Notes: a model not told the origin generated them from the letters alone. A stretch of DNA of 64,000 nt from Octopus vulgaris (GCA_951406725.2 OX597821.1:65100001-65164000); one strand, 5' to 3'; shown: positions 24,774 to 39,192, counted from the first letter of the stretch. Translations and numbers: made by a program.

Positions 24774-26689
24774 TTGAACTCACAAGTCGCTAACTGCCAA
24801 AATGCTAACCATTTCATGTATTAGTGTTTGAAGGCGATGTGATTAGTGAAAGACTGAGGTGAAATATCAAATAAAGATGCTAAAATATGACAAAATGCTA
24901 AGATCAAAATATATATATAAGATGAAATTGCTGTAAGAATATTGAATACATAAAAAGTATCATACGACAGAATAAAAAAAAAGAGCTGAAAATGTATTCT
25001 AAAAAGTACTATCATGTATTAAACAGGTGACTTTTTCTCATTGAGTTAAGATTTTGTCACATAGTTATTCGCAAATGTAAAAAGTGATTTTTCGAATCAC
25101 GAACAACGAATATTAGATGAGTACCTATTTTTATTTACTTATTTCTTCAATTACTTTTCGTATATATCATTCTTACCTCATTCTTTCTTACCTTCACACA
25201 ATTTCTAATTTCTTTCTTTCTGTCGTCATCCTTCGACTTCCATTTTTTACTTCATTCTTTCTTCCACCATTTTTTTCTTTTTTTTTTTTGCATTAAGCCT
25301 TTCTTCTTTTCGTTCAAATTATATTCATTTATTTCTTTATTATTTTCCCTTTATTATTTTTACTTAATGTTTTTATTTATTTATTTTTTTCTTCGTCATC
25401 ATACCTTTCGCAACGGGAAAATAAAATACACAGTGAATAAAATAAAAAAAAAGAAAAGGAAAAAAAATGTGTCGCAGATAGGTCAAAATGCTGAAAGAAA
25501 TCTGATTTCAACTTTTATACCCCTCTCGATGATTGTTTTTGCAACTTTTAATACGATTACATGATCTTGTGTGTGTAATAGGAAACGCCAGTAACTCGCG
25601 GCTTTGCCACCATTTCGTAAAAATACATGACTTTGAAATGTAATCAATTATGCTTTAACGCAACAGAACACTGCCTTATTAATTTGTTACCTCTCATCGT
25701 TGTTGGGTGACTGGGTGAAAGGTTTTTAGTATGTTACACTTCGTGATTTAAGTCAATTTCCTCCCCCCCCCCCCAGATTTTCATACACTTTATATAGATC
25801 TTGCTTACAGCTTTGCTATATAAGTTGTGAACGCAATATTTGTTTTACCTGCTGTCTTTCGCTGGTGGAGTTTTTAAGAAATCTGAATTCCGTTCTTAAG
25901 GAATATCATGATCTCATTTCGTAAATGAAGATCGGAAGTAGAAGATGATGTGGGGGGGGTGAGTGTGAAGAAGGAGTAGAAGAAGAAGAAGAAGAAGAAG
26001 AAGAAGAAGAAGAAGAAGAAGAAGAAGAAGAAGAGCAGCTAGGTGAACAATAACCGGAACAAGAAGATCAAAGAGAAGAAGCAAAATAAAAAAAATAAGA
26101 AGTGGAAGAGAAAAAGGATGAAGTGGATAAAAGATGCGGTGAAAGAAGACGAAGATAATAAAGAGAAATGTGCAGAAAAAAAGAAGAAGCGGAAAAGTAA
26201 TACGTGGGATATGAGGAGGAAGAAGAGGAGGTAGAAGAAGAAAGGTAAAAGAGAAACAGTAAGAGACATAATTTCTACTATAGGCGTAAGACATGAAATT
26301 TTGTGGGGGTGGGTGGGGGGTAGTCAATTACGTCAACCCCATTGCTCGACTGGTATTCATTCGACTGAGCCCGAAAGAAAAAGTCGACCTCGGCGGAATT
26401 TGAACTCGGAACGGAAAGAAATGTCATTAGGCATTAAGCCTACCAGCTTGCCTTACACTGTATTGAGAATATGAAAGAGTGAAGCTTAATGATAGTAGTA
26501 GCAGTAGTAGTAGTAGTATGATGCCGATGATGAAGATGATAGTGGTGTTCTTCATATTTTGCTGACAATGACGATGATGACGACGATGAGGAGGGTGAGA
26601 GGAGTGGAAGAGGAGTGGAAGAGGAAGGGGATGGAGACGAGGGAAGTGATCATGATGACGATGAAGTCGACAATCATAATTTTAGTGAG

Positions 26690-27445
26690 TGGTACCCCTC
26701 AGTTTCTGGAGTGTGCCTATGATTTGATCCCCAATAAATATAACAAGGAACACTTTTTCTTAACCTTTTCTTTTTTTTTTTTGTTAAAAAGCAAAACAAA
26801 ACGTTTCCATTCATGTTCAGATTTCGGATCTTTACTTTTTGACCGACAGATTAAAAAAATATTTTTTTTGTAACTAAACACTTTAAAAATTCGGACACTG
26901 GTAGAATGTGTCATATAAAACATCTTTTACTCTGAGCGTTTTTGAGAAAAGCTTATATTTAGGAAGTTATTTCACGTTAAAGTTGTAGTATTTCGGTAAT
27001 TTCAACCAGTCAAAGACATGTATTCAGCTGAATAAAATAACTGCTCTTGTTTGTCAACAAGAACTTCCGTCGGTGTATATTTTGTTTGTCACTCTTATTT
27101 ATGACAACCCTAACCCTAAAACCTTAACCTTAACCCTAACCCCCAAACCTTAACCCTAACCCTAAAACCCTAATCCTAGCCCAAAAAACCCTAATCCTAA
27201 AGCTACAACTAGTACAAACACACGAACGATGTCATAAAGAGATCGACGCAACTGGTACTTAATTTATCCACCCCAAAAGGATGAAAGGCAAAATTGATCT
27301 CAGCGATTTTCCAAAATATTTTCGTCGCTTTCAGACTGCGACCTGTTCACTGATAAAATTGGCAAATTAAATTTAAATGTTGAAGTGAATCTAACGGTTT
27401 TTGTGTGTTTCTAAAATGGCTTATAAACACCTTCCACGCAGCAAT
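26690..27445. mobile_element. Interspersed repeat carrying a degenerate (CCCTAA)n tract at 27107-27200
   Basis: Telomere-like hexamers are visible; 27312-27445 is homologous, partly inverted, to 54650-54820. Left boundary approximate. Confidence 0.65.
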
Positions 27446-28284
27446 TATTATTTATATATATATATACATGTATCGGAGGAGAACGAAAATCAACCTAGTA
27501 GTGGTTACCGAGAATTCTAGTTGCATTCCAATTTCGTTTCGCCATATCCATAGCGTTTACTCACATTACTAAGATTTATCACTTCCAAATTGGGAAATAG
27601 TAAATAGAATATACACTGATACTACATTGCCGCCTGGCTTAATAAATATTTGTTGTATGCAATAAAATCGGTAGTAAATAAAAATATCCATCTGTCTATT
27701 ATAATTAATGTAAATATATTGTTTTAGGTCAGCATGTCCTCATTGACAAAGCATGTATCTCAACATTTTGCTATGTACATTATATTCACAATTGTGCATG
27801 AGCGATTAACCCATTCCAAACAACAAATCGCAGAGGAAATTACACAGGGAGACCATAGGCTTGGCCAAAAAAAAAAAAACAGCAACAACAATAACAGCAT
27901 AGTTAATGTCGTGAGCTTTGAAAACATAATTGGAAATTCCTATGAGGGGAGGAAAAGAAAAAGATCAGCGATCAGATACCAATGTTTTTAAGAAGTGTAT
28001 GAGGTTACATGTTATATTTTTGTAGCTGAAAAGATAAATACATGACATGAGGCCTCGTGTTTTTTGAGTAACCCGATCTAAAAACAGATACAGAATAGTC
28101 TTCTACTCGTAAATCTCCACTCTAACTTATAAATATCTTTGCAGAGAATATATTTTAAAGGTAAATAAATAAGACATTACTATTTAACGCAGAAAAAGTG
28201 ACAAAATTTGCAGAGAAATCTCCAAGTCGACAATATTGATCTCGGTACTTAGATGGTTTTAATTTTATTGATGGCGAAGATGGG

Positions 28285-28690
28285 AAGCTGGTAGGATCGT
28301 TAGCACGTCCAGTGAATTGGTGCCGGCGTTTCGTCTTGACGTTCTGAGTTCGAATGGCGTCGATGCAAACTTTTCGATAAAATAAGTACCAGTTGAACGC
28401 TAGGGATGGAAGTAATCCCCTTATTCCCTCCCACCGAAACTGCTGGGCTTGTGTCAATATTTGAAGCCAATTTTATGGATAACGAAGGTGACGCGACGGT
28501 ACAGTCGTTAGCACACCGGGCAAATTGTTAGCGGCGTTCCACTCGTCTTAAGGTTCTGATTTCAAACTCCGCCGAGGTGGACGTTGCTTTTTATCCTTTC
28601 GGACATGATAAGATAAGTACCAGCTGATCACTGGAGTCGATGTAATCGACTAGTCCCCTCCTCCAAAATTTCAGGCCCTGTGTCGCCGGA
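28285..28690 (+). mobile_element. Two diverged SINE family D copies
   Basis: atcgttagcac..gttctgagttcgaat..gtcgatg and tcgttagcacaccgggcaaa..ccgccgaggtggac..tttcaggcc. Confidence 0.8.
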
Positions 28691-28877
28691 AGAACTAAAA
28701 CAAAAAAAAATCAGTCGGTATTAAAATTCCGAATAGAAAGAATCGTGATAAAACGTAAGGCGATTAGTTTTAGCTTATTCCCTTTCTGCCAGTCTCTCTA
28801 CTGAATGGCAAATGTTATTACTCCGAAATTTCAAGTTAATGACGTAACTGCAATCACGTTGCGGGGTTTGTTGAGAA

Positions 28878-29280
28878 GAGAGATATGACTGTGTAGCAAG
28901 AATTTTGCTTTCAATCATATTGGTTTGGTTTCCCACTGCGCAGCACCTTGGCCAAGTGCCTTCCACTATGGCGCCCGGGCCGACAAATGCTTTGTGGGTG
29001 AATTTGATAGAAGAATACTAATAAAAATCCGTCTTTGTATATGTGTGTGTGTGTGTGTGTGTGTACGTGTGTATCTTTCTATTTGTGTTCGTCTCTCTAC
29101 ATTGCTTGTCAACCGGCGCTGGGTTGTTTACGTACCCGTAACCCTGAGAGTTATCAAAAATAAAAAGCGATGGAATAAGTATCAGACATTGAAAATATGT
29201 ACAGGGATCAATATATTGAACCAAACTCTTAAAGCCGGTGCCCCAGCATAACAGCAGTCCACTATCTGAAACAAGTATAA
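28878..29280 (+). mobile_element. SINE family A, diverged
   Basis: cccactgcgcagcaccttggccaagtg, central (GT)n, tail ccggtgccccagcat. Confidence 0.8.
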
Positions 29281-29894
29281 GACAGACCAATATTAGAAAA
29301 CGTAGTTCTAGATATAATAAGGCGGAGGCACGAAGCATTGACATGGATAGAATACATTTGAATCTAAGCTTCTTCTGTCAGGCAATTAAATAAAGCTAAA
29401 ACAAAATTACAATCTTTCAAACATTGTATAATAGTTATCTTCCTGGAATGTAGCATCGTAATAGCCTTATCGAGGGAAAAGGATGTTATACAATTAGGAA
29501 TTTCTGTGATTCAGATATTTTCGCTGGGGGTTTGTATTTTCTTATTAAATTTTTCCACGTTGCTTTTGATGTAGCTGGTTTGAAACTTGAAACTCTTTGG
29601 TACTCAAGCGTAGAAAGAGTAAACTGTAAAAAGATCTCCCAAACAAATTATTAACTGTTAACATTGTTTATTGGGAAGCACGGAATTAATTATCGTTGCA
29701 GTTGTTGGGGCTTTTTATTTTATTTATTTGTTTATTTATTTACTTAAGTATTTATTTATTGGTATTACGCTACACTTTGGATGTAATTCTCTCATAGGCT
29801 CTTTTCACATGCTTTTATATACCAAGGGTGACCATGTTGCTTGATGAGAAGAGCAACCTTCAGCATGTTGTGTGTGTGTGTTCATGAGCACCAA

Positions 29895-30075
29895 ATTCTT
29901 TTATTCTTTTACTTTTTTCAGACATTTGACTACGGCAATGCTGGAGCATCGCCTTCAGTCGAAAAAATAGACAACGGGACTTATTCTTTGTAAGCCTGGT
30001 GCTTATTCTATTGGTCTCTTTTTGCCGAACCGCTAAGTTACAGGGACGTAAACACGCTAACATCGGTTGTCAGAC
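29895..30075 (-). mobile_element. SINE family A, 3' half
   Basis: Reverse complement of the family A tail. A matching 5' half lies at 30497-30660(-), with the HHR element inserted in the central microsatellite between them. Confidence 0.85.
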
Positions 30076-30106
30076 GCACAAACATATACATACATACATA
30101 CATATC

Positions 30107-30149
<43 letters not shown>

Positions 30150-30235
30150 CATAACAAGGACAGAAATTGATGTTAATCAATTAAAACCAAGATCTGGAAG
30201 ATCCTCAGCGTAGTCTGTCAAGAAAAAGCGACAGA

Positions 30236-30311
30236 CTACGCTGACGATCTTGCAGATGTCTGTGTGTTTTATATACGTAGATATTAACAAGTGAAACCGA
30301 TTGGTACGTAG
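30236..30311 (+). ncRNA. Type I hammerhead ribozyme motif
   Basis: ctacg CTGACGA t cttg..atgtctgtgtgt/atacgtagatat..caag t GAAA CC gatt GG TA cgtag. Stem I ctacg/cgtag, long stem II, 3-bp stem III, GUA triplet; U-U at the base of stem II. Confidence 0.8.
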
Positions 30312-30496
30312 GTAATCGTTTATATTTCGTTTCTTGTCATTTGTCTTGCTCATTTTCACATTTTGGCGTTTTTGCTGAGATTTTTTTTCTTCAGAACACA
30401 TTCTTCATGGTAATGGTTTTTTGACGTCTATGTTTAGCATATAGGGTGTCCACTTTAGTGGTCATTTCTCTTAATTTTGTATATATATATACATAC

Positions 30497-30660
30497 AACG
30501 GGCTTCTTTCAGTTTCCGTCTACCAAATCCACTCACAAGGCTTTGGTCGGCCCGTGGCTAATGTAGCAAATGCTTGCCCAAGGTGCCACACAGTGGGAGT
30601 GAACCCGAACCATGTGGTTGGTAAGCAAGCTTCTTATCACACAACCACGCCTGCACCTAT
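30497..30660 (-). mobile_element. SINE family A, 5' half
   Basis: acgggcttctttcagtttccgtctaccaaatccactcacaaggctttggtcggcccg..cctgcacctat. Confidence 0.85.
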
Positions 30661-30859
30661 GGCATATTTCCGAATTAAATTAGTAAAGATGCTTAATTTG
30701 TAAACACTTGGTTTCATGTTTGGGTTCAATCCCACCACGCGTGACTTGGAAGGGCACCGTCAACTATAACCCTGCCTGACCAATGCTTTATGAGTGAATT
30801 TGTTTGAGGAAAACACAGTGGAAGTCTGTCAAGAACGTACATACGCACACACATATTAC

Positions 30860-31110
30860 AAATTCTTCTTCTGAAAAAGGAATATTAACTGGAGCACCTG
30901 GTTCTGAAAGTAAATGCATAGCTGTCAGCTTGGATAAGCTTGGATTTTCAGAAAATTCGCATGTTACATATACAATTCGAAAGATGAACAGTAAAACAAT
31001 TCAAGTCTTTTCTCAGGTTTAAAATGTGAAATTGTTTCTGTTATCTACATTCCGAAGATGGAGCTTTGCATCTTTGTCAGAAACGAGCTCCTTTTTCAGA
31101 AGAAGAATTT
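30860..31110. repeat. Perfect 22-bp inverted repeat pair about 250 bp apart (MITE-like)
   Basis: aaattcttcttctgaaaaagga (30860-30881) / tcctttttcagaagaagaattt (31089-31110). Confidence 0.75.
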
Positions 31111-31666
31111 AAATAATTAAAACCGTCATCGGAACTGCGATCTTCTTGTTTGTTTGACTGTGCGTATGCGTGTGCGACAGTGTGCATGTGTATACATATA
31201 TGTATGTATGGGTATGTGTGTTTGGAGGTGTTTGCATGTATGTATGCATGTGTGTATGCGTATATATGTGTGTGTGTGTGTGCGTTCGTGTGTGTGTGCA
31301 TATATGCATATATGCGTGTGTGTACGTTTGTATGTATGTATTCTGCATATTCATATGTTTACATGTGTTTGTGTGTTCATGTTTATGTTTCTATTTGTGT
31401 GTGTATCTCTGTCTCCTCTGTGCGTGTTTGAGTGTGCCTATGTGTATGAGTTTGTGTGACTATCGTGTGCGTCTGCTATGTACGGATGAGTGAGTCCATA
31501 TGTGTCCTTTTATGTGTGTGTGTGTGTGTGTGAGTGAGTGTATGTGAAGTTTGCGTGTGTGTATATGGTTGTGTGCTTCATTAATCTTTTGTGTATGCAT
31601 GTGTGTATGTGTGCATGTTTGTGTGTGCTTGTCTATCCGTATTACCTATGTACCTATCTATATACT

Positions 31667-31698
<32 letters not shown>

Positions 31699-31727
31699 TA
31701 TTTGTGTGTGTGTATGTAAGGGTGTGT

Positions 31728-31928
31728 GTTTGCTCCCCCCCCCCCAAGATCGCTTGACAACCGGTGCTCGTGTGTTCATGTCTCCGTAACATAGCGGCTC
31801 GCCAAAGACACCGATAGAATAAGTACCAGGCTTACAAAGAATAAGTCCTTTGGTCGATTTGCTCGACTAAAGGCGGTGCTCCAGCATGGCCGCAGTTAAA
31901 TTACTGAAACAAATAAAAGAATAAAAGA
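31728..31928 (+). mobile_element. SINE family A, 3' half
   Basis: atcgcttgacaaccggtgc..gtcgatttgctcgactaaaggcggtgctccagcatggccgcag. Confidence 0.9.
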
Positions 31929-31956
31929 ACATATATATATATATGTTCTTTTATTC

Positions 31957-32006
<50 letters not shown>

Positions 32007-32986
32007 TGCATAACAGCCTGCTAATAAATCTACCTGTGTATGTGGAAATGTCTACGGATAGGAATGTTTCATTTATGAGGACGTACTCCTGTATTTGTTT
32101 GAGTGTTGGGTCCTTCGGGTTCCTGTATAAATTGCGGTTCTCACGTCGAACCATGTATATATATAATGGCGGTGCCCCAGCATGGCCACAGCTCGTGAGC
32201 TGAAACTGGAAAAATCAAAATCAAAATCATATATATATATATATATATATATACAGTGATATATTAACAAGTATACGCTGTCCGCTCACTCCGTAGCGAG
32301 CTTCCGCTCACTGCTACTCAGTAAAATATATTTGATAAGTCTCAGCTCATTAAAAGCTTTTATTGAATATTCATTCTTGCAGTTAATACTTTAAAATCCG
32401 GTTTGTAAGATGTTAAAGTTGTTTTAGGAAATATAACTCTGGAGCCTAGTTTTAATGATAGAGTATGTAGCAATGTGCATTTTTATACGTGTAACATTTC
32501 CCGCCTATTCATTAAATAACTCTGCACTTGAAGAGACAGACTGAGAAATAGATCTAATTAGTTTTAGATGTTTATTATTAGCCAATGCACAATCAGAAAC
32601 ACTCTATACGTATAAATTATGGATGTAACACTATGCCTAATTAGTTTGACAATATTGTTTTATTGTTGTTGTTGTTGTTGTTGTTGCAGTGGTGGTGGTG
32701 GTGGTGGTGGTGATGATGGTGGCGGTGGGGTTGCGACGGTGACGGCGATATTAGAGGCGGTGTAGCCGTACATCAGCTTTGATCGAGAAGACTTATAGTA
32801 CATAGCTGCTCGGCTGAACGACAAGATGCGACCAAGAGATCTTTTATTGTGGCGAGACTTCTAGTCTTTATAACATCTTTGAGCGATCACATTTCACTTC
32901 TTGCATATTTTTTTTTACATGTTTATCTAAGATTTTGTAAAGCTCTGAGACTTTGAGATTGAGTATTATCATTCTATCGCTGATGA

Positions 32987-33785
32987 AGGCAGCGAGCTGG
33001 CAGAATCGTTAGCGCAACGGACGAAATGCCTAGCGGTATTTCGCCCGTCCTTACGTTCTGAGTGCATATTCCGCCGAGATCGACTTTGCCTTTCATCCTT
33101 TCGGGGTCGATTAATGAAGTACCAGTTATGTACTGGGATCGATCTAATCGACTGGTCCCTTCCCCCAAAATATCAGGCCTTGTGCCTAGAGTACAGAAGA
33201 AAGGCGGCGAACTGGCAGAAACGCTACCACGCCGGGCGAAATGTTTAGTGGTATTTTGTCTGGCGCTACGTTCAGAGTTCAAATTCCGCCGAGGTCGACT
33301 TTGCCTTTCATCCTTTCGGCATCGATTAAATACGTACCAGTTACGCACTTATGTCGATATAATCCGTTTCTCTGTCCTTGCTTGTCCCCTGTGTGTGGCT
33401 CCTTGCGGGCAGTAAAGAAATGGATGTTTCGTCTGCCGCTATGTTCTGAGTTCAAATTCCGCCGAGGTCGACTTTGCCTTTCATCCTTTCGGGGTCGACA
33501 AATCAGTACCAGTTGGGTACTGGGATCGATCTAATCGACCGTCTCCCTCCCCGCAAATTTCGGTCCTTGTGCCTAGAGTAGAAAAGAAAAAAAAAAGAAT
33601 CGTTAGCGCGCCGGACGAAATGCTTAGTGGTATTTCGCCCATCGCTACGTTCTAAATGCATATTCTGCCGAGATCGACCTTGCCTTTCGTTCCTTCAAAG
33701 TCGATAAAAAAAATTTCCAGGTGAACAGTAGGGTTGATCTACTCGACTAGTCCAAATTTTCTGTCTGCGTGTCTATAGTGGAAAG
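32987..33785 (+). mobile_element. SINE family D tandem array (about 4 units)
   Basis: Repeated ggcagaatcgttagc..gttctgagttcaaattccgccgaggtcgactttgcctttcatcctttcggggtcga units. Confidence 0.92.
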
Positions 33786-33809
33786 GTTTGTTCTATTTCT
33801 CATAGAAAA

Positions 33810-34490
33810 ATCCTTGTCTAGCAAGAATTTGGTTAATGTTTTGTTTCGTGTTTTTGTTTCCGATGTACGATTTTGATGGTTGATTTCCCAGAAACGAATA
33901 AGGGCGTTTACTTAGTATTGGAATATGGGTATCGCTTTCTAGATTGTTTTTGTGACATGATGCATGGTGAGGTCCTTGTTTTTATTTATGTCGCTAATTA
34001 CTCTATAGTATTTTATTATTTCCTTTGTGGTTTCCCCTGGTTACAAATTTTTCTTTGTATAGTTTATATCTTTGATATTTCGTTTAGTTATTCAATGTTG
34101 AGTTCTACATCTGTTCTTTATGGCTCTAAAATATTACGGTTGGGCTTGTCCTTAGATTTTATCACACAGAATATTTCTTTTATGTTATTGTGTTTGTATG
34201 TATTTGTATTTCCTTATGGGAATTTTTTTTTTTTTTTATTCCTTAATGTACCTACAATTATTTTATCGAATGTATTTACTGCAGTATTTATGTTTGTGAT
34301 TGTAGCGTAGTTGAAATCTGTAAATCTTTCCCTTTGGAACTCGATCCACTGGTGCTTTTGGAAGTTTTTTTTTTTAAGAGTACTATTCCTTTGTCCACTG
34401 ATAGTATGTGTTGATTGGGTTGGACATATGGTCAAAGGATAGGTTGTTATTATATCATGCATTTTGTGAATAATAGCGTCGTCGTTAGTT
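33810..34490 (-). mobile_element. Possible degraded LINE ORF2 endonuclease-RT linker
   Basis: A-rich minus strand; NFQKHQWIEF..F..ITNINTAVNTFDKII..FPYG resembles the NxxKADWxxF linker of I/Jockey-group LINEs. Many stops. Confidence 0.4.
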
Positions 34491-34702
34491 ATGGCTAATC
34501 ACTGGCTAGTTCACAGCATTTCCAATTCACATCACAATAAATTTTGTATCAAAGACATCAGTTTATCGATTTGCTCAACAACGTGCTTAAATTTTACTGA
34601 TATACATCGGCGAAAAATTATTCATGATAGTATACAAAGATACGTAAAAATATGCATACATACATTCGCACATATGTGTGTATATGTATGTATAAATAGG
34701 TC

Positions 34703-34804
<102 letters not shown>

Positions 34805-35574
34805 TAGATAGACAGAGGGAGATAGTGGGAGAGAGAATGACAGATATGCAGTCATATATACAAATATATGTGTGTGTGTACGTATGTATGTATGTATGTA
34901 TGTATGTATGTATGTATGTATGTATGTATGTATATATGCATGCATGCATGTATGTATGTGTACACCTATACCTCAATATGTAGCTATACACGTGTGTGCA
35001 TCTATTTATCTGTGTATATGTCTACAAACATATGTACGTGTATGTATAGGAAGTTGTGTGGCACGTTTCCGTCTAAGAAATTTAACTCAGAAGGCATTTA
35101 CCAAACAAATGCTATACCAGGGGACAGTTTCGCATGGTATTGCACAAAACCGGATCGTGTGGCTGAGCACTGAGGCTCAGCCCCTCTAAATCCAATGGCC
35201 AAGGGCTAATTCTTCACCTGTGCATGTCGTATTTATATATGTGGAATTGAATGAGATTCAATTGAAGTGCAGGAGGCCATTTTTGTGAAATTATATTGCA
35301 ATCAGATTATTGCAGCTTACTTGGTGGTTTATTTGCATGTGTATCTGTGTAGATTGTTTCGGATAAATGTTAAGGGAATTCGAATCTATGGCAGTACCAT
35401 CCCATGTCATTCCTTTGTTTGTTTTTTTTATTATTTGTTGTATAAAGATGTGCTGTGTGCATGGATCTGTCCATCAATGATGTTATTTCGGAGAGTAGTG
35501 AGATCTTGTACTAGTGTCTCTGTGAAGGAGGTTGATAATGGTATACTTATACTGTTATTATATTACTGTGTTAA

Positions 35575-36670
35575 GGTCGGCAAGCCGGCAGAATCGTTAG
35601 CACGCTGGGCGAAATGCGTAGCCGTATTTCGTCTGCAGTTACGTTTTGAGTTCAAATTCCGCTGAGGTCGACTTTGCCTTTCATCCTTTCGGGGTCGATA
35701 AATTAAGTATCAGTTACGCACTGGGGTCGATGTAATCGACTTAATCCCTTTGTCTGTCCTTGTTTGTTCTCCTCTTCGTTATTAACCCCTTGTGGGTAGT
35801 AAAGAAATAGGTATTTCGTCTGCCGCTACGTTCTGAGTTCAAATTCCACCGAGGTCGACTTTACCTTTCATCCTTTCGGGGTCGATTAAATAAGAACCAG
35901 TTACGCACTGGGGTCGATATAATCGACTTAATCCGTTTGTCTGTCCTTGTTTTCCCCTCTGTGTTTAGCCCCTTGTGAGTAGTAAAGAAATGCGTATTTC
36001 CTCTGTCTTTACGTTCTGAGTTCAAATTCCGCCAAGATCGATTTTGCCTTTCATCCTTTCGGGATCGGTAAATTAAGTACCAGTTGCGTACTGGGGTCGA
36101 TCTCATCGACTGGTCCCCTCCCAAAAAATTTCGGGCCGTGTGCCTAGAATAGAAAAGAATCGTTAGCACGCCGGACAAAACTTTAGCAACATTACGTTTG
36201 TCTGTACGTTCTGAGTTCAAAAGTCTCGAGGTTTACTTTCACTATAATCCTTCCGGTGAGTGTTAATATAACTACCAGCTGAACACTGGCATCAATATAA
36301 AACACTGGCCCCCTCCTTAACAAACTTTCAGACTTTGCGTGTATAATAGAAAGGATTATTACATTCTTTTCTACTCTAGCCACAAGGACAGAAATTTTTG
36401 GGGAAGGGGCCAGTTCGTTAGATCGACTCCAGTACGCAACTGGTACTTAATTTATCGACCCTGAAAAGATGAAAGGCAAAGTCGAAAGGATTATTGTATT
36501 GGTTTAAAAATTTGGCATAAGTATATCAATTTAGCGGGGAGAGTGAGTTGATTGCAATTATTTCAGTGTCTAATTAGTATTTATATTATCGACCCCGAAA
36601 GGATGAAAAGCAAAGTTGACCTCGACAGAATTCGAACTCGGAAATTAAAGACAACCGAAATCTTGCCCAG
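35575..36670. mobile_element. SINE family D cluster: about 4 plus-strand units (35575-36360), then minus-strand fragments (36367-36670)
   Basis: Same unit sequence as 32987-33785; inverted copies read atcgaccccgaaaggatgaaaggcaaagtcg. Confidence 0.9.
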
Positions 36671-37912
36671 CATTCTTACATTTCTACCAGAACACCACCT
36701 TAATTTTGATATACTGCATTCAAAGGTACTTTATCCAGGATATTTATGATTTGTTTTAAGGCGATAGGATAATATTTGAAGAGACTTTGCAGATAATTAT
36801 AGCAACAGGTTATGCAATTGCGTTGAATGGTTGGGGCTGGTATATTTATTTTAACAAACGTTCGATCGCCCTAAAAACTGACAATACAATTCCATTGATT
36901 AGAATGAACAGACCGACGCGTCCGGCGAGAGTTCACAGTGTCAGTTGCTTGTTGACGCTAAAGAACTGTAAATAAATTTGATTTAAGTCATTCTAATTTC
37001 ATACACAGTGTGAAGTATGTACCCGAATCGGTAACACGTCTCTGAAATGTATTACCCGCTGTTAACATGATGAAGTCAACGCTAAAATTAATTGTAAACA
37101 CATCACTACTGAATTCTCAATAATATATACAGCAATCTAGAAATACGCTAGAGAAATATATAGATCAGTCGGTAATCAATAAGAATTCTTTATGCAATTG
37201 ATAACTGACTCCGTTACCTTGCCTTGCTAGGTTCCAATTCCTTCCTAGGAAAGGGACACGGTGGAGCAAAAACATTGAAGTGTGCACGTGTATTAGAGTC
37301 GCAGATAAAAAGATGTCTGTTCGCAACTTATTCAAAGAATTTCCTGAAAATATACTGAATAATAAGGCTGAATAATTTACCCATCAAATTCGGTCATAAG
37401 GCTTTGTTCCATCGAGATATTATAGCAGAAAACATGCAATAGACTGCACAGGGGGATTGAACCCAAAACAACGCAGATTCCACACGAACTCCTTCACCGC
37501 TTAGATCGCGGGATATTTCTAAGTAAAAATTTCTAGTTTCATTTGACCACCTCAGTGCTTGACCTCATAAAGCGTAGACATGTCGATTAAGCTATCATGG
37601 TTCGCATCCACAGTGGTACATCTTCCGCTCGTTTATATACTTATAGGCCTTGACAAAGCTATCGAGGTCACATTATCTCCATGCCACTTTTCTGTGAGTT
37701 TCTGTCCTTCGAGTTGCTTAATTAAAAAAAATATATCAAGTGATTTTTGTTTGTATGCGGTGTGAAGGAGACTATAAATTGCAACTTATTTCTGAGCGCT
37801 CTTAATCTTTCTCCTCCTCATAATCACCATCAGGGTTATTATTTATGGTCTCTACCCTTAATCAACGCCAGTGATACCGATCTTGCAGTTATGATTAAAC
37901 CTGTTGTTGATT

Positions 37913-37946
<34 letters not shown>

Positions 37947-38754
37947 CGATGATCTTGTCGTTATCATTTATTAATGTTGCTGTTGTCGTTATTGTGTCTG
38001 TAATACTATCTCAGCAGCAAGTCATCAACCGCAAGAAAAGAAGAAGAAAAAATAAACAGGATTCTGTAGCAGCAGATCAAATAACATATGAATGGCACCA
38101 AAAGAAGAGCAAAATAAATTTTGAACAAGAAATAATAACACTATAAAATAAACAACGGAAATAATTTAGAAAAAAAAAACATACAAAGAATACAAAATAT
38201 ATACAAAACATTAAAATATAAAATGAAAACAAAAAAGAAGCGTAAAAACATCAACATCAACAACAACAATGTATTCACTGACGATAATGAAACTAAAAAG
38301 ATACTAAAATTGTTACCCAATGATTATTATGAAAGCGATCTCTCGACAGACTGAATCGTAACTCATACCAGTTCGTTATTTCATGGTTCCGCAGAGATAT
38401 CCGTCCTTAACAAAACTTGCCAAAAACTCATTAAAAAAAGACTACATAAATGAATATAAAAAGCAAACGATTAGTTTAGTCTGCGAAAAGAATATAAGAG
38501 AATATTTATTCGATAAAGACTTTCAATCGTTGTTCTTTGTATTGAAGAAGAAAAATAATTACAATGACAACAAGTACAACAACAATAAAAACTTTGTTTC
38601 GTTTCATCTTATCGTTGGTGTTGATTTTGTTTGTGTCCTGTTACGCCACCATCAGCACGTCTACGACCACCGCCGGTGCCAGCGTCACCATTACCCCCAT
38701 TGTATACATAGTTTCCATTTTATATCGATATTTTTATATACTCTTTTACTCTTT

Positions 38755-39192
<438 letters not shown>

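Noticed and set aside
27107-27200. True telomere or chromosome fusion site
   Set aside because: Short, degenerate, single orientation and embedded in an interspersed repeat.
30192-30257. Pre-miRNA
   Set aside because: The size fits, but the near-perfect stem is better explained as an inverted duplication of the adjacent HHR element; no expression evidence.
32987-33785. CRISPR-like repeat/spacer array (also 35575-36360)
   Set aside because: Units are 170-210 bp SINE monomers without unique spacers; eukaryotic context and no cas genes.
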